A program made the translations under genes and the position numbers. Of a DNA stretch of 64,000 nt, positions 49,240-58,880 are shown one piece after another. Numbering within the stretch: the stretch's first letter is position 1; each line of letters begins with the position of its first letter. The notes beneath the pieces were generated by a model. That model was given only the letters and a program-made list of their open reading frames with translations, searched no databases and had not been told where the DNA came from. Origin of the DNA: an uncultured Clostridium sp. (GTDB lineage Bacteria; Bacillota; Clostridia; TANB77; CAG-508); the NCBI GenBank assembly GCA_902462295.1, contig CABQAZ010000005.1, positions 18,284-82,283 on the forward strand, read 5' to 3'.

Positions 49240-51045
49240 ATGAGTCAAGAAAAAATAAGAAATTTTAGTATAATAGCACACATAGATCATGGGAAATCAA
49301 CATTAGCAGATAGACTAATAGAAAAAACAGGTGTATTATCACAAAGAGAAATGGAAGCACAAGTATTAGATAATATGGATATAGAACGAGAAAGAGGAAT
49401 AACAATAAAATCACAAGCAGTTCGAATGAAATATAAAGCTAAAGATGGACAAGAATACACATTTAATTTAATAGATACGCCAGGGCATGTAGACTTTAAC
49501 TATGAAGTATCAAGAAGTCTAGCAGCATGTGATGGAGCAATACTAGTGGTAGATGCAAGTCAAGGAGTTGAAGCACAAACATTAGCAAACGTATATTTAG
49601 CAATAGAAAATGATTTAGAAATATTACCTGTAATAAATAAAATAGATTTGCCAAATGCAAGACCAGAAGAAGTAAAACATGAAATAGAAGAAATAATAGG
49701 AATACCAGCAATGGATGCACCATGTATATCAGCAAAATCAGGATTAAATGTAGAAGAAGTATTAGAAAGAATTGTAACAGATTTGCCTGGACCAAAAGGT
49801 GATGAAAATGCGAAAACAAAATGTTTAATATTTGACTCATATTATGACAATTACAAAGGAGCAGTAGCCTATGTAAGAGTTATGGACGGAAAAATAAAAG
49901 TAGGTGATGAAATAAAACTAATGGCAACAGGAAAAACATTTACTGTTGTAGAAGTTGGATATTTTGCACCAGGGCAATACATGCCAGTACAAGAAATAAA
50001 AGCAGGAGAAGTAGGATACATTTCTGCAAGTATAAAAAGTTTAACAGACATACATGTAGGAGATACAATTACACAAAAAAATAATCCGGCAGACGAACCA
50101 CTTCCAGGATACAAAAAAGTAACGCCAATGGTATACTGTGGATTATATCCAGTAGATGGAAGTGAATATGAAAACCTAAAAGTAGCATTGGAAAAACTAA
50201 AATTAAATGATTCAGCATTAGAATATGAACCAGAAACATCAGTAGCATTAGGATTTGGATTTAGATGTGGATTTTTAGGACTATTACATTTAGAAATTAT
50301 AGAAGAAAGATTAGATAGAGAATTTGATTTAGGATTAATAACAACAGCACCATCAGTAATATACAAAGTACATAAAACATCAGGAGAAGTTTTAGAAATT
50401 TATAATCCAGCAGATTTACCACCACAAGCAGAAATTTCATATATGGAAGAGCCAATAGTTACAGCCAATATAATGACACCAAAAGAATATGTTGGAAACA
50501 TTATGGATATATGTCAAAATCGTAGGGGAATATTTATAGACATGAAATATCTTGATGAAAACAGAGTAACATTAGTTTATGAAATGCCATTAAACGAAAT
50601 AATATATGATTTTTTTGATAATCTAAAATCAAGAACAAAAGGATATGCGTCATTTGACTATGAATTTAAAGAATATAGAGAATCAAAACTAGTAAAATTA
50701 GACATACATGTAAATGGGGAACCAGTAGATGCATTATCATTTATAGTATTTAAAGACAATGCTTACACAAGAGGAAAAAAGATGGTAGAAAAATTAAAAG
50801 AAGTTATACCAAGACATTTATTTGCAATACCATTACAAGCTGTTGTAGGAGGAACAATAATCGCAAGAGAGACAATATCAGCAATGAGAAAAGACGTATT
50901 AGCTAAATGTTATGGAGGAGATATAACAAGAAAAAAGAAACTACTTGAAAAACAAAAAAGAGGAAAGAAAAGAATGAGACAAATTGGAAGTGTAGAGATG
51001 CCACAAGAAGCATTTTTATCTGTTCTTAAATTAGACGAAGAGTAA
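49240..51045 (+). CDS. lepA: elongation factor 4 (LepA)
   Basis: [33 protein letters not shown]; LepA C-terminal domain. Confidence 0.95.
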   Translation: MSQEKIRNFSIIAHIDHGKSTLADRLIEKTGVLSQREMEAQVLDNMDIERERGITIKSQAVRMKYKAKDGQEYTFNLIDTPGHVDFNYEVSRSLAACDGAILVVDASQGVEAQTLANVYLAIENDLEILPVINKIDLPNARPEEVKHEIEEIIGIPAMDAPCISAKSGLNVEEVLERIVTDLPGPKGDENAKTKCLIFDSYYDNYKGAVAYVRVMDGKIKVGDEIKLMATGKTFTVVEVGYFAPGQYMPVQEIKAGEVGYISASIKSLTDIHVGDTITQKNNPADEPLPGYKKVTPMVYCGLYPVDGSEYENLKVALEKLKLNDSALEYEPETSVALGFGFRCGFLGLLHLEIIEERLDREFDLGLITTAPSVIYKVHKTSGEVLEIYNPADLPPQAEISYMEEPIVTANIMTPKEYVGNIMDICQNRRGIFIDMKYLDENRVTLVYEMPLNEIIYDFFDNLKSRTKGYASFDYEFKEYRESKLVKLDIHVNGEPVDALSFIVFKDNAYTRGKKMVEKLKEVIPRHLFAIPLQAVVGGTIIARETISAMRKDVLAKCYGGDITRKKKLLEKQKRGKKRMRQIGSVEMPQEAFLSVLKLDEE

Positions 51046-51062
51046 AATTGAAGGGAGCAAAA

Positions 51063-51929
51063 ATGAAAGATAGAAAAAATAATCAACAAAGAAATGGAGA
51101 AGAAAAAAGAAGATTTGATAAAAAGACATTTGACAGAAAGCCAAAAGAAAAAAGAGAAGAAAATAAGCAAGAAGAAAGAAAATTTGATGATCAAATAGAA
51201 GGAAGAAACTCAGTACTAGAATTATTAGAAAGTGGAAAAGATATTAATAAAATATATGTAACAAGAGGCGAAAAACATGGATCAATAAATAAAATTTTAG
51301 GAATAGCAAAAGAAAGAAAGATAATAGTAATAGAAAAAGATAAAAGACAAATGGAAGAAATGGCACAAGAAGAAAATTATCAAGGAGTAATAGCAATAGT
51401 CCCACCATTTGAATATTCAGAAGTAAGTGATATATTAGATGTAGCAAAAGAAAAAAATGAAGATCCATTTGTATTAATACTAGATGGAATAGAAGATCCA
51501 CACAATTTAGGTTCAATTATCAGAACTGCAGAGACAGCAGGTGTACATGGAGTGATAATACCTAAAAGAAGAGCAGTATCAGTAAACAGTACAGTAAATA
51601 AAACATCAGCAGGAGCTGTAGAACATATGAAAATAGCAAGAGTTACAAACATTTCAGATGTAATACAAGAACTAAAACAAGCAGGATTATGGATATGTGG
51701 AACAGATATAAATGCAGAAAAGTATTATTACAATCAAGACTTAACAGGACCACTTGGAATAGTAATTGGAAATGAAGGAAAAGGAATAAGCGAAAAAGTT
51801 AAGAAAAATTGTGATTTTAATGTAAAAATTCCAATGAAAGGAAAAGTCACATCATTAAATGCTTCAGTTTCAACAGGAATAATAGTATATGAAACATTAA
51901 AGCAAAGAACTTTAAAAATAAAAAGATAA
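51063..51929 (+). CDS. rlmB: SpoU/TrmH-family 23S rRNA (Gm2251) 2'-O-methyltransferase RlmB-like with KR-rich N-terminal extension (TTG 51048 alternative start)
   Basis: IEGRN.V.E.L....I, LDGIEDPHNLGSIIRTAE, GNEGKGIS, LNASVS.GI SPOUT motifs. Confidence 0.8.
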   Translation: MKDRKNNQQRNGEEKRRFDKKTFDRKPKEKREENKQEERKFDDQIEGRNSVLELLESGKDINKIYVTRGEKHGSINKILGIAKERKIIVIEKDKRQMEEMAQEENYQGVIAIVPPFEYSEVSDILDVAKEKNEDPFVLILDGIEDPHNLGSIIRTAETAGVHGVIIPKRRAVSVNSTVNKTSAGAVEHMKIARVTNISDVIQELKQAGLWICGTDINAEKYYYNQDLTGPLGIVIGNEGKGISEKVKKNCDFNVKIPMKGKVTSLNASVSTGIIVYETLKQRTLKIKR

Positions 51930-51959
51930 TTACAAATTTGATATGGTAAGGAGTAATGA

Positions 51960-53726
51960 ATGAAAAGTAAAAAAATATTAATAATTACAATAATTATAAT
52001 TTTAGTATTAGCTGTAGCTGGTACAGTATTTGGTTATCTATATATGGCAACAGACACATTTAAGAGTGATAAAGAATTATTTTCAAAGTACATATCCCAA
52101 AATATAGAAACATTTCAAAAAATGAAAGATTCGCAAATCACACAAATGTATAAAAATATAAAAAATGAAGAAAAATATGATATAAGTACAAATTTAAAAA
52201 TGAAATATTCTGAAGGTGGAGAAGTATCAAATCCAATAAATAATTTATCTGCTCAATTAAATTTTCAAAGAGATGATGCAGAACAATATTATTATGCAAA
52301 TGGACAAATATTATTTAATAATCAAAAATATTTGCAAACAGAAATAGTAAAAGATCAGGAACTATATGGAATAAGACTACCTGAAGTTAAGCAATTTCTT
52401 TCAATTAAAGATGATGACAATTTAGAAAAAGTTGCAAGTGAAATAGGTGTAGAAAGTACAACTATAAAAGAAATAATGGATGTAATTGATGGAAAAACTG
52501 AAATCACTGAAGAGATAATGACAGAAGATGATGCAAAACAATTAAAAGAAAAATATTTAAAAATTATCACAGATGCTATTGCTAATGGAACATTTGGAAG
52601 CAATAAAAAAGCGATAATAACTTATAATAATGAAAAAACAGAAACAAAAGCATATACAGTATCTTTAACTAGTCAACAGGTAGAAGAATTAATAAAACAA
52701 ATATTAAATGAACTAAAAACAGAAGATATTATAATGGATAATGATAAAATTAAATCATATAAAGAGCAAATAAGTGAAAGTATAGATGATTTAATAACAG
52801 AAATATCAGATGAAACAGAAGTTCCAGAAGTAAAAATCACCGTCTATGAACATAAATCAAGAGCAATAAGAACAGTTTTAGAAATAGGATTAAACAAGAT
52901 AGTAATAGAAAATGTGGAAACAAATGAAGAATTAACAAGTAAAATACAAATTTCTCAAATAGTTTCTGATAAAACAAATGAATATGATATTGAATTAACC
53001 AAAAAAACAGCTGATAATCAAGAAGATTTAAATTTAGTTGTAAATATAACAATTGATGAAGATTTATACACAATAAGTTTGGTAAATGAAATGAATTCAG
53101 AAGAAGATAGTATAAAACTTAATACATCAATTAATTACAAGAAAGACATATTAACGGTTGAGGGGATAATAGAAAACGAAATTAATCTAAAAAATGATTT
53201 TGAAAAGAAGCAAACTTTAGAGAATAATAATATTACACTAAACGATCTTAAAGAAGATAGAATAAATAAAATAATAAATACGATAAAAGAAAATATGCCA
53301 ATTATAATTGAGAAGGAAATGGAAACATTAAAAAGTAATTTAGGTTTAAATGAAGATGATACAGAAATTCCTAAAACAGAAGATAAAATGACACAAATAG
53401 AAATCAATCAATTTAATTCAAAATTTGAATTTTATACGGGAGATGAAGTTTCAGCTGAAACTGTAAAACAATTATTAGAAGTAGTTGGAAATAATATGAA
53501 TGGATATTCGATTACAACTCTTGAAGATCAAGAAAGTAATGAATTGGTCAGACCAGAAGATAAAAAATATAATATTAAAGTACAAATAGAAAAAGATAAA
53601 GTAAATAAAGAGGGGCTAGATAAAATACTAGAAAAAATATATGATACAGAGAAATATAAGGTTTCAATAACATATAAAGGCGAAAATAAATTAATAGATT
53701 ATATTGAAATCGAGGGAGTTAAATAA
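51960..53726 (+). CDS. hypothetical 588-aa membrane-anchored protein, E/K/N/I-rich low-complexity ectodomain
   Basis: N-terminal TM (ILIITIIIILVLAVAGTVFGYLY), no LPXTG, no recognisable catalytic motif. Confidence 0.5.
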   Translation: MKSKKILIITIIIILVLAVAGTVFGYLYMATDTFKSDKELFSKYISQNIETFQKMKDSQITQMYKNIKNEEKYDISTNLKMKYSEGGEVSNPINNLSAQLNFQRDDAEQYYYANGQILFNNQKYLQTEIVKDQELYGIRLPEVKQFLSIKDDDNLEKVASEIGVESTTIKEIMDVIDGKTEITEEIMTEDDAKQLKEKYLKIITDAIANGTFGSNKKAIITYNNEKTETKAYTVSLTSQQVEELIKQILNELKTEDIIMDNDKIKSYKEQISESIDDLITEISDETEVPEVKITVYEHKSRAIRTVLEIGLNKIVIENVETNEELTSKIQISQIVSDKTNEYDIELTKKTADNQEDLNLVVNITIDEDLYTISLVNEMNSEEDSIKLNTSINYKKDILTVEGIIENEINLKNDFEKKQTLENNNITLNDLKEDRINKIINTIKENMPIIIEKEMETLKSNLGLNEDDTEIPKTEDKMTQIEINQFNSKFEFYTGDEVSAETVKQLLEVVGNNMNGYSITTLEDQESNELVRPEDKKYNIKVQIEKDKVNKEGLDKILEKIYDTEKYKVSITYKGENKLIDYIEIEGVK

Positions 53727-53753
53727 TAAAATTTCTAAAAAGAAGGAGGATAT

Positions 53754-54515
53754 ATGAATCAGATTTTAATAACAGAAAAAGTATATGTAACACCAGAGTT
53801 AAAAAGAAAAAAGAAGATATATATAATTTTGTTTATGATGTCAATATTTTTTATAGTAGTACTATTTTCAGCATATGTATATGCTGAATATGATAGAAAT
53901 AAACAAGAAGGAATATCTGATGACATTTTATCTTTTATGTCAAATACAGAAGATACAACAACAGTAAGTTCATATCAAAATGCATTAGTAGTAAAAATTA
54001 CACAAGAAGTTGCAGAACAAATGGAAACTATGGAAAATGAATCTGATATAGTAAAAGAAACTCCAAAATTACAAACTTCAACTGCAACTTCCACATATGT
54101 AGCTTCAAATGGAAATAAATATGAGACTATAGGAATAGTAAGAATTCCCAAAATTAATGTAAATTATCCGATATTAGCTCAAACTACAAATGTTGAGCTT
54201 ATGAAAATAGCACCATATAAATTTTGGGGAGCAAATCCAAATGAGGTTGGAAATTTGTGTATAATAGGTCATAATTATAGAAGAAAAAATGTATTTTTTA
54301 GTGAAGTACCATCTTTAAGTGTTGGAGATATAGTAGAGATACAGGATTTAAGTCAAAGAGTGGTTCAATATGAAGTTTATGATTTACATACAGTGGATCC
54401 AAGTGATAGATCCGATACAACACAATATACCAATGGAAAAAGAGAAGTTACTTTAATAACATGTACAGATGATGCTAAACAAAGAGTTATAGTAAAATGT
54501 ACTGAAAAAAAATAA
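53754..54515 (+). CDS. sortase family transpeptidase (N-terminal TM)
   Basis: catalytic His (IIGHNYRRKN), TLITC Cys motif, Arg downstream (KQRVIVKC). Confidence 0.75.
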   Translation: MNQILITEKVYVTPELKRKKKIYIILFMMSIFFIVVLFSAYVYAEYDRNKQEGISDDILSFMSNTEDTTTVSSYQNALVVKITQEVAEQMETMENESDIVKETPKLQTSTATSTYVASNGNKYETIGIVRIPKINVNYPILAQTTNVELMKIAPYKFWGANPNEVGNLCIIGHNYRRKNVFFSEVPSLSVGDIVEIQDLSQRVVQYEVYDLHTVDPSDRSDTTQYTNGKREVTLITCTDDAKQRVIVKCTEKK

Positions 54516-54571
54516 CAAAAAGTCCTCTTAGTTCATAATATATATAAAATATTATGGAGGGGGACTTTTTT

Positions 54572-55252
54572 ATGGCTAAAATTTTAATATATAACCAAGA
54601 TACAAATAGAATGGAAGCTTTTTTTAGAGGAGAAAATGAATCAATGCCATATAATACAAATGGCACTTTAAGAGTTAGAGAGTTTAGAGGTTCAAGCAAA
54701 AGCAATATTTTATGGACTGATAAGAGAACAATGCAGGCATGGAATAGCCAAAGATATATATATGGAGCTCCTATAAGAGTTGGTTTTGCATTTAAAAGAG
54801 CATATGAGGGTGGTCATGGTAATCAAAGTCAACATTATGCGGGGACTGCATTTGATGTAGGGCAAGGATTAACAAATGCACAAAGAACAGTTTTAAGAAA
54901 TAGTGCAATAAATTCTGGAGTATGGACATATGTGGAACCTGCATCACTATCACCAACATGGGTACATTTCGACAGAAGATTTGGGACACCAGCATGTTCA
55001 TCAGGAGGATTTCCATTAATACGTAGAGGTTCAAGAGGAAATTATGTATGTATAGCACAAGACGATTTAAATACATTAGGATATAAAACTGGAGGATTAG
55101 ATGGAGTATTTGGAGAACAAACATACAATGCTGTAAGAAGATATCAGTCTTCAAGAGGTTTATCTGTAGATGGAATAATAGGATGTAATACATGGAGATC
55201 TTTACAAGAAAATGTAGTTGGAACAGGAGCAACAAGTACCACAATTAACTAG
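54572..55252 (+). CDS. peptidase M15-family cell-wall hydrolase with C-terminal PG_binding_1 domain; GC-atypical
   Basis: HGNQSQHYAGTAFDV and WVHFD (Zn ligands H..D..H of M15/VanY-like); LGYKTGGLDGVFGEQTYNAVRRYQSSRGLSVDGIIGCNTW peptidoglycan-binding repeat; RBS GGAGGGGG. Confidence 0.7.
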   Translation: MAKILIYNQDTNRMEAFFRGENESMPYNTNGTLRVREFRGSSKSNILWTDKRTMQAWNSQRYIYGAPIRVGFAFKRAYEGGHGNQSQHYAGTAFDVGQGLTNAQRTVLRNSAINSGVWTYVEPASLSPTWVHFDRRFGTPACSSGGFPLIRRGSRGNYVCIAQDDLNTLGYKTGGLDGVFGEQTYNAVRRYQSSRGLSVDGIIGCNTWRSLQENVVGTGATSTTIN

Positions 55253-55287
55253 AAATAAAAAAAATTAAAAAATTTTTCAAAAAAGTA

Positions 55288-55316
55288 TTGACAATATGTA
55301 AAAAAAATAGTATACT
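55288..55316 (+). promoter_or_regulatory. promoter of tRNA cluster (TTGACA-17-TATACT)
   Basis: TTGACA 55288-55293, TATACT 55311-55316. Confidence 0.5.
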
Positions 55317-55335
55317 AGTCAATGTCGAAAGACAT

Positions 55336-55411
55336 GGTCGCTTAGCTCAGCTGGGAGAGCATCTGCCTTACAAGCAGAGGGTCATAGGTTCGAGCCCTAT
55401 AGCGACCACCA
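55336..55411 (+). tRNA. tRNA-Val (anticodon TAC), CCA encoded
   Basis: cloverleaf: acceptor GGTCGCT/AGCGACC, anticodon loop CTTACAA, T-loop TTCGAGC. Confidence 0.9.
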
Positions 55412-55419
55412 TGTTTTAC

Positions 55420-55496
55420 GGCCTGGTAGTTCAGTTGGTTAGAACGCTAGCCTGTCACGCTAGAGGTCGACGGTTCGAGCCCGTTCCAGGTCGCCA
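55420..55496 (+). tRNA. tRNA-Asp (anticodon GTC), CCA encoded
   Basis: acceptor GGCCTGG/CCAGGTC, anticodon loop CTGTCAC, T-loop TTCGAGC. Confidence 0.9.
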
Positions 55497-55515
55497 TTTT
55501 TATATAAGAGTATAA

Positions 55516-55591
<76 letters not shown>

Positions 55592-55628
55592 AATCTAGTA
55601 TTATTTTAATATAAATAGAAATTGATAG

Positions 55629-55658
55629 AAAACATTCATTTTTAGAATGTTTTTTTTC
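55629..55658 (+). terminator. rho-independent terminator after tRNA cluster
   Basis: AAAACATTC-ATTTTTA-GAATGTTTT + TTTTTT. Confidence 0.7.
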
Positions 55659-55670
55659 TGCTTCAGTTAG

Positions 55671-55699
55671 ATTGACATTAGTTGATATTAGGAGTATAA
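55671..55699 (+). promoter_or_regulatory. consensus sigma-A promoter (TTGACA-17-TATAAT) of small membrane-protein gene
   Basis: TTGACA 55671-55676, TATAAT 55694-55699. Confidence 0.55.
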
Positions 55700-55738
55700 T
55701 ATAAAAGATATAGAAAAAATTCTATGTCATGTAGTTAT

Positions 55739-55756
55739 TATCACTAATTAGTGATA
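55739..55756 (+). promoter_or_regulatory. perfect 18-bp palindrome TATCACTAATTAGTGATA (candidate operator) in the 5' leader ~+35 from predicted TSS
   Basis: exact dyad symmetry. Confidence 0.45.
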
Positions 55757-55830
55757 GTGAAATAGAGGATAATCCTCTCACTTATGTAGCGACAAACAAT
55801 AAAACAACAGATTAAGACGGAGGAATCAAA

Positions 55831-56076
55831 ATGGATGAAAGAAATCGGAAATATTGTAATATAAGTAATATTATTGGAATTATTGCATTAGGTAGCTACT
55901 GTATTGTACCAATTATATGCACAAGTCATTACTTATTTTGGACAAGAGTATTGATAGCAGAAATAGGAGCGTTTGCTTATGTTTTTAAAATGGTATTAGA
56001 AATTGCCAATAAGGAAAGGTGTACAAGATCCATTTTATGTGTTTGTATTTTTATGCTTGATATAATGAGTCTTTAA
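55831..56076 (+). CDS. hypothetical 81-aa Cys-rich 2-TM membrane protein (stand-alone transcription unit)
   Basis: RBS GGAGG 7 nt upstream; own promoter, operator-like palindrome and terminator. Confidence 0.5.
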   Translation: MDERNRKYCNISNIIGIIALGSYCIVPIICTSHYLFWTRVLIAEIGAFAYVFKMVLEIANKERCTRSILCVCIFMLDIMSL

Positions 56077-56122
56077 GTCTTTAACAAGGATAAGATTTTT
56101 GAAATCCAAAATAAAGTTAGTA

Positions 56123-56176
56123 AAAAAAGCGGGAGTAGAAAACTTTGTAAGTTTCCTACTCCTGTTTTTGTTGTTT
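56123..56176. terminator. bidirectional terminator between small ORF (+) and tsaE (-)
   Basis: A-run, GGGAGTAGAAAACTT / AAGTTTCCTACTCC stem, T-run. Confidence 0.55.
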
Positions 56177-56214
56177 AATAAATTAGCTAAAAATACTATA
56201 AAATATTTTAATAA

Positions 56215-56646
56215 TCATAAATTTTGTTCAAATTTTAAAAATCTAACATTATCATCAAGTGGATCTTTTTCAAAAGAAATTTTTATGTAATTTTCAGGCA
56301 AAGCCTCTTCAATAAGTTCTCCCCATTCAATAATACAAATTCCAGAAGAAAAATATTCATCACCGCCAATTTCATAGAATTCATTAACATCTTCTAAACG
56401 ATAAACATCAAAATGATAAATTTTTATATCATTTTTTACATATTCATTAACAATATTAAAAGTAGGGCTTGAAATTTCATTTTCAAGACCAAAATATTTT
56501 AAAAATCCCTCAGTAAATTTAGTTTTGCCAGAGCCTAACTCACCAGACAAAACAACAACATCACCAACATGTAATTTACTTGCTAAATTAAAAGCAAAAT
56601 CCATTGTTTCATTACTGCTATGTGAAGTAAAAGTATAAGTTTTCAT
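56215..56646 (-). CDS. tsaE: tRNA threonylcarbamoyladenosine biosynthesis ATPase TsaE (YjeE)
   Basis: P-loop LSGELGSGKT, SPTFNIVNEY motif; RBS GGAGGA before ATG at 56646. Confidence 0.85.
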   Translation of the reverse strand: MKTYTFTSHSSNETMDFAFNLASKLHVGDVVVLSGELGSGKTKFTEGFLKYFGLENEISSPTFNIVNEYVKNDIKIYHFDVYRLEDVNEFYEIGGDEYFSSGICIIEWGELIEEALPENYIKISFEKDPLDDNVRFLKFEQNL

Positions 56647-56718
56647 AATATTTCCTCCACACATATTTTAACCCAAAATCATAAATTTGTAAAGAGGTAC
56701 ATTTTGTATCGAAAACTG

Positions 56719-56787
56719 CCCCGAAAATACCCGGTCCCAGAGGTGCAAAAAATAAAATTGCACCTCTGGGACCGGGTATTTTCGGGG
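56719..56787. repeat. palindromic repeat-family element: perfect inverted arms CCCCGAAAATACCCGGTCCCAGAGGTGCAA (30 bp) around a 9-nt AAAATAAAA loop
   Basis: arm 56719-56748 is exact reverse complement of 56758-56787; same core at 59630-59755, 63747-63847, degenerate at 41492-41554. Confidence 0.85.
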
Positions 56788-56818
56788 CAATTTGTTACTG
56801 ACTGACTATTATAATATA

Positions 56819-56848
56819 TTGCAAAAAAGAAAAAAGCAATGTTATAAT
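56819..56848 (+). promoter_or_regulatory. candidate fabH promoter (TTGCAA-18-TATAAT)
   Basis: TTGCAA 56819-56824, TATAAT 56843-56848. Confidence 0.35.
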
Positions 56849-56900
56849 ACAACAAGTTTGTAGATAGAATAAAAACTAAATTTTAAGTGAGGATAATAAT

Positions 56901-57821
56901 ATGAGATTAGTAGCAAGTAGTAGTTATTTACCACCCAAAATAATATTAAATAAAGACATTGTAAATAGATTTGGAATTAATGAAGAGTTTGTTGAAAGAA
57001 GAACAGGGATAAAGCAAAGATATTTTGTTGAAAATGAAAAGATAGAAGAAATAGCAGTTAAAGCAGTTAAAAAATTAATAGAAAAAAACAAAATAAATAT
57101 ACAAGAAATAGATTTAATAGTAGTATCAACAGTAAGTACAAATAAATTAATGCCAGGAATATCGAATTATATTCAAGAAGAAATGAATATAAAAAGTTGT
57201 ATATGTTTAGATATTCTAGCAGGGTGTAGTGGATATATAAATGCGGTTGATATAGCACATATGTATATAAATAGTGGAAAAGTAAAAAAGGCTATAGTAG
57301 TAGGTGTTGATATATTATCCAGATGTACAAATCCAGATGATTTAGGAACAGCGATAATATTATCAGACGGAGCTGGAGCAACATTATTTGAAAGTTCAGT
57401 TGATAATATATACTATTCTAACATAGAAGCTATTGCAGATGAAAATGATATTTTAACATATAAATCTCAAGAAAAGATTAAAATGGAGGGGTTAGCTATA
57501 TATAAATATGCTGTTAAAGAAACAACAAAAAATATCACTAAATTATTAAATCAATCAGGAGAAAAAATGGAGAATATAAGATATATAGTTCCACATCAGT
57601 CAAATTTGAAAATAATTTCTGCAATAGCAAATAGACTAGGAATTACTATGAATAAGATGTTTACTAATATAGATAAAGTTGGAAATACTTTTTGTGCTAG
57701 TATACCGATAGCCTTAGATGAAATGTTACGAAATAAAATGCTAGAAAAAGGTGACAAAATAATTTTGCTGGGATATGGTGGAGGTCTTAATACAGGAAGT
57801 ATATTGCTTCAAATAGGCTAA
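56901..57821 (+). CDS. fabH: 3-oxoacyl-ACP synthase III
   Basis: active-site Cys (LAGCSGY), His (VPHQSN), Asn (GNTFCASIP), C-terminal GYGGGL. Confidence 0.85.
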   Translation: MRLVASSSYLPPKIILNKDIVNRFGINEEFVERRTGIKQRYFVENEKIEEIAVKAVKKLIEKNKINIQEIDLIVVSTVSTNKLMPGISNYIQEEMNIKSCICLDILAGCSGYINAVDIAHMYINSGKVKKAIVVGVDILSRCTNPDDLGTAIILSDGAGATLFESSVDNIYYSNIEAIADENDILTYKSQEKIKMEGLAIYKYAVKETTKNITKLLNQSGEKMENIRYIVPHQSNLKIISAIANRLGITMNKMFTNIDKVGNTFCASIPIALDEMLRNKMLEKGDKIILLGYGGGLNTGSILLQIG

Positions 57822-57939
57822 ATATTGCATAAAAATGAATGTTAATTTATTTGTTTCGACCAGTCATACTAATAGAAAATTATTTTGTAAAGGTGTATAA
57901 AAATAAAGAAAATTTAAGATAAAACAAAAGGAGAATTGT

Positions 57940-58878
57940 ATGAAAACAGCATTTTTATTTCCTGGTCAAGGAGCACAAGTATTAGGAATGGGAAAAGATA
58001 TTTATGAACAATATCAAGAAGCAAAAGAAATATACATAAAAGCAGAAGAAATATCAGGTATAGATATAAGAAAAATATGTTTTTATGGACCAGAAGAAGA
58101 ATTAATGAAAACAGAAAATACACAAATAGCGATATTAACAACAAGTCTAGCAATATTAAAAGTGTTAGAGAGTAATGGAATAAAAGCAGATATAGCAGTA
58201 GGATTAAGTTTGGGAGAATATGTAGCATTAATATATGGTGGATATATGTCATTTGAAGATGGAATAAAGTTAGTAAAAAAAAGAGGGTATTATATGGCAA
58301 ATTTTTTGCCTAAAGAAGAAGAATATTCGATGTCAGCAATAATTGGATTAGAATCTAACAAGATAGAGGAAATCTGCAATCAAATAAAAAAAGAAGGACA
58401 CTTTGTAGTACCTGTAAATTATAATTGTAGTAGTCAAACTGTAATATCAGGAACTGATACAGCTATAAATATAGCAATAGAAAAGTTAAAAGAAGCAGGA
58501 GCTAAAAGAGCAATAAAATTAAAAACGGGAGGTCCATTTCATACAGAAAAGTTAAAAAAAGCAAGTGAATTATTTAGTAATGAACTAGAAAATGTGCAAT
58601 TTAAAACTGAAAATGGAATTAAAGTTATAAAAAATATTGATGGAAAATTTTATACCAAAAGTGATAATTTTAAAGAAGTTTTATCTAAACACATAGTAAA
58701 TCCAGTAAGATTTGATAAAGCAATACAAGTTATGAAAGAACAAAATATAGATAGATTTATAGAAATAGGTCCAGGTAAAACATTAACAGGCTTTATAAAG
58801 AAAGATTATCCAGAAGCAGAATTATTCAATGTAAATAACTTAGATAGCTTAAAATTAATTATAAATGAAGGAGATTAA
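57940..58878 (+). CDS. fabD: malonyl CoA-ACP transacylase
   Basis: FLFPGQGAQ, GLSLGEY (GHSLGE-like) nucleophile elbow. Confidence 0.9.
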   Translation: MKTAFLFPGQGAQVLGMGKDIYEQYQEAKEIYIKAEEISGIDIRKICFYGPEEELMKTENTQIAILTTSLAILKVLESNGIKADIAVGLSLGEYVALIYGGYMSFEDGIKLVKKRGYYMANFLPKEEEYSMSAIIGLESNKIEEICNQIKKEGHFVVPVNYNCSSQTVISGTDTAINIAIEKLKEAGAKRAIKLKTGGPFHTEKLKKASELFSNELENVQFKTENGIKVIKNIDGKFYTKSDNFKEVLSKHIVNPVRFDKAIQVMKEQNIDRFIEIGPGKTLTGFIKKDYPEAELFNVNNLDSLKLIINEGD

Positions 58879-58880
58879 TA

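Noticed and set aside
55288-55515. 75-aa ORF overlapping the tRNA cluster
   Set aside because: It is entirely composed of tRNA-Val and tRNA-Asp sequences, which are clear cloverleaf tRNAs.
56099-56290. 63-aa ORF downstream of the small membrane-protein gene
   Set aside because: It overlaps the bidirectional terminator hairpin and the 3' end of tsaE on the opposite strand. It has no RBS.
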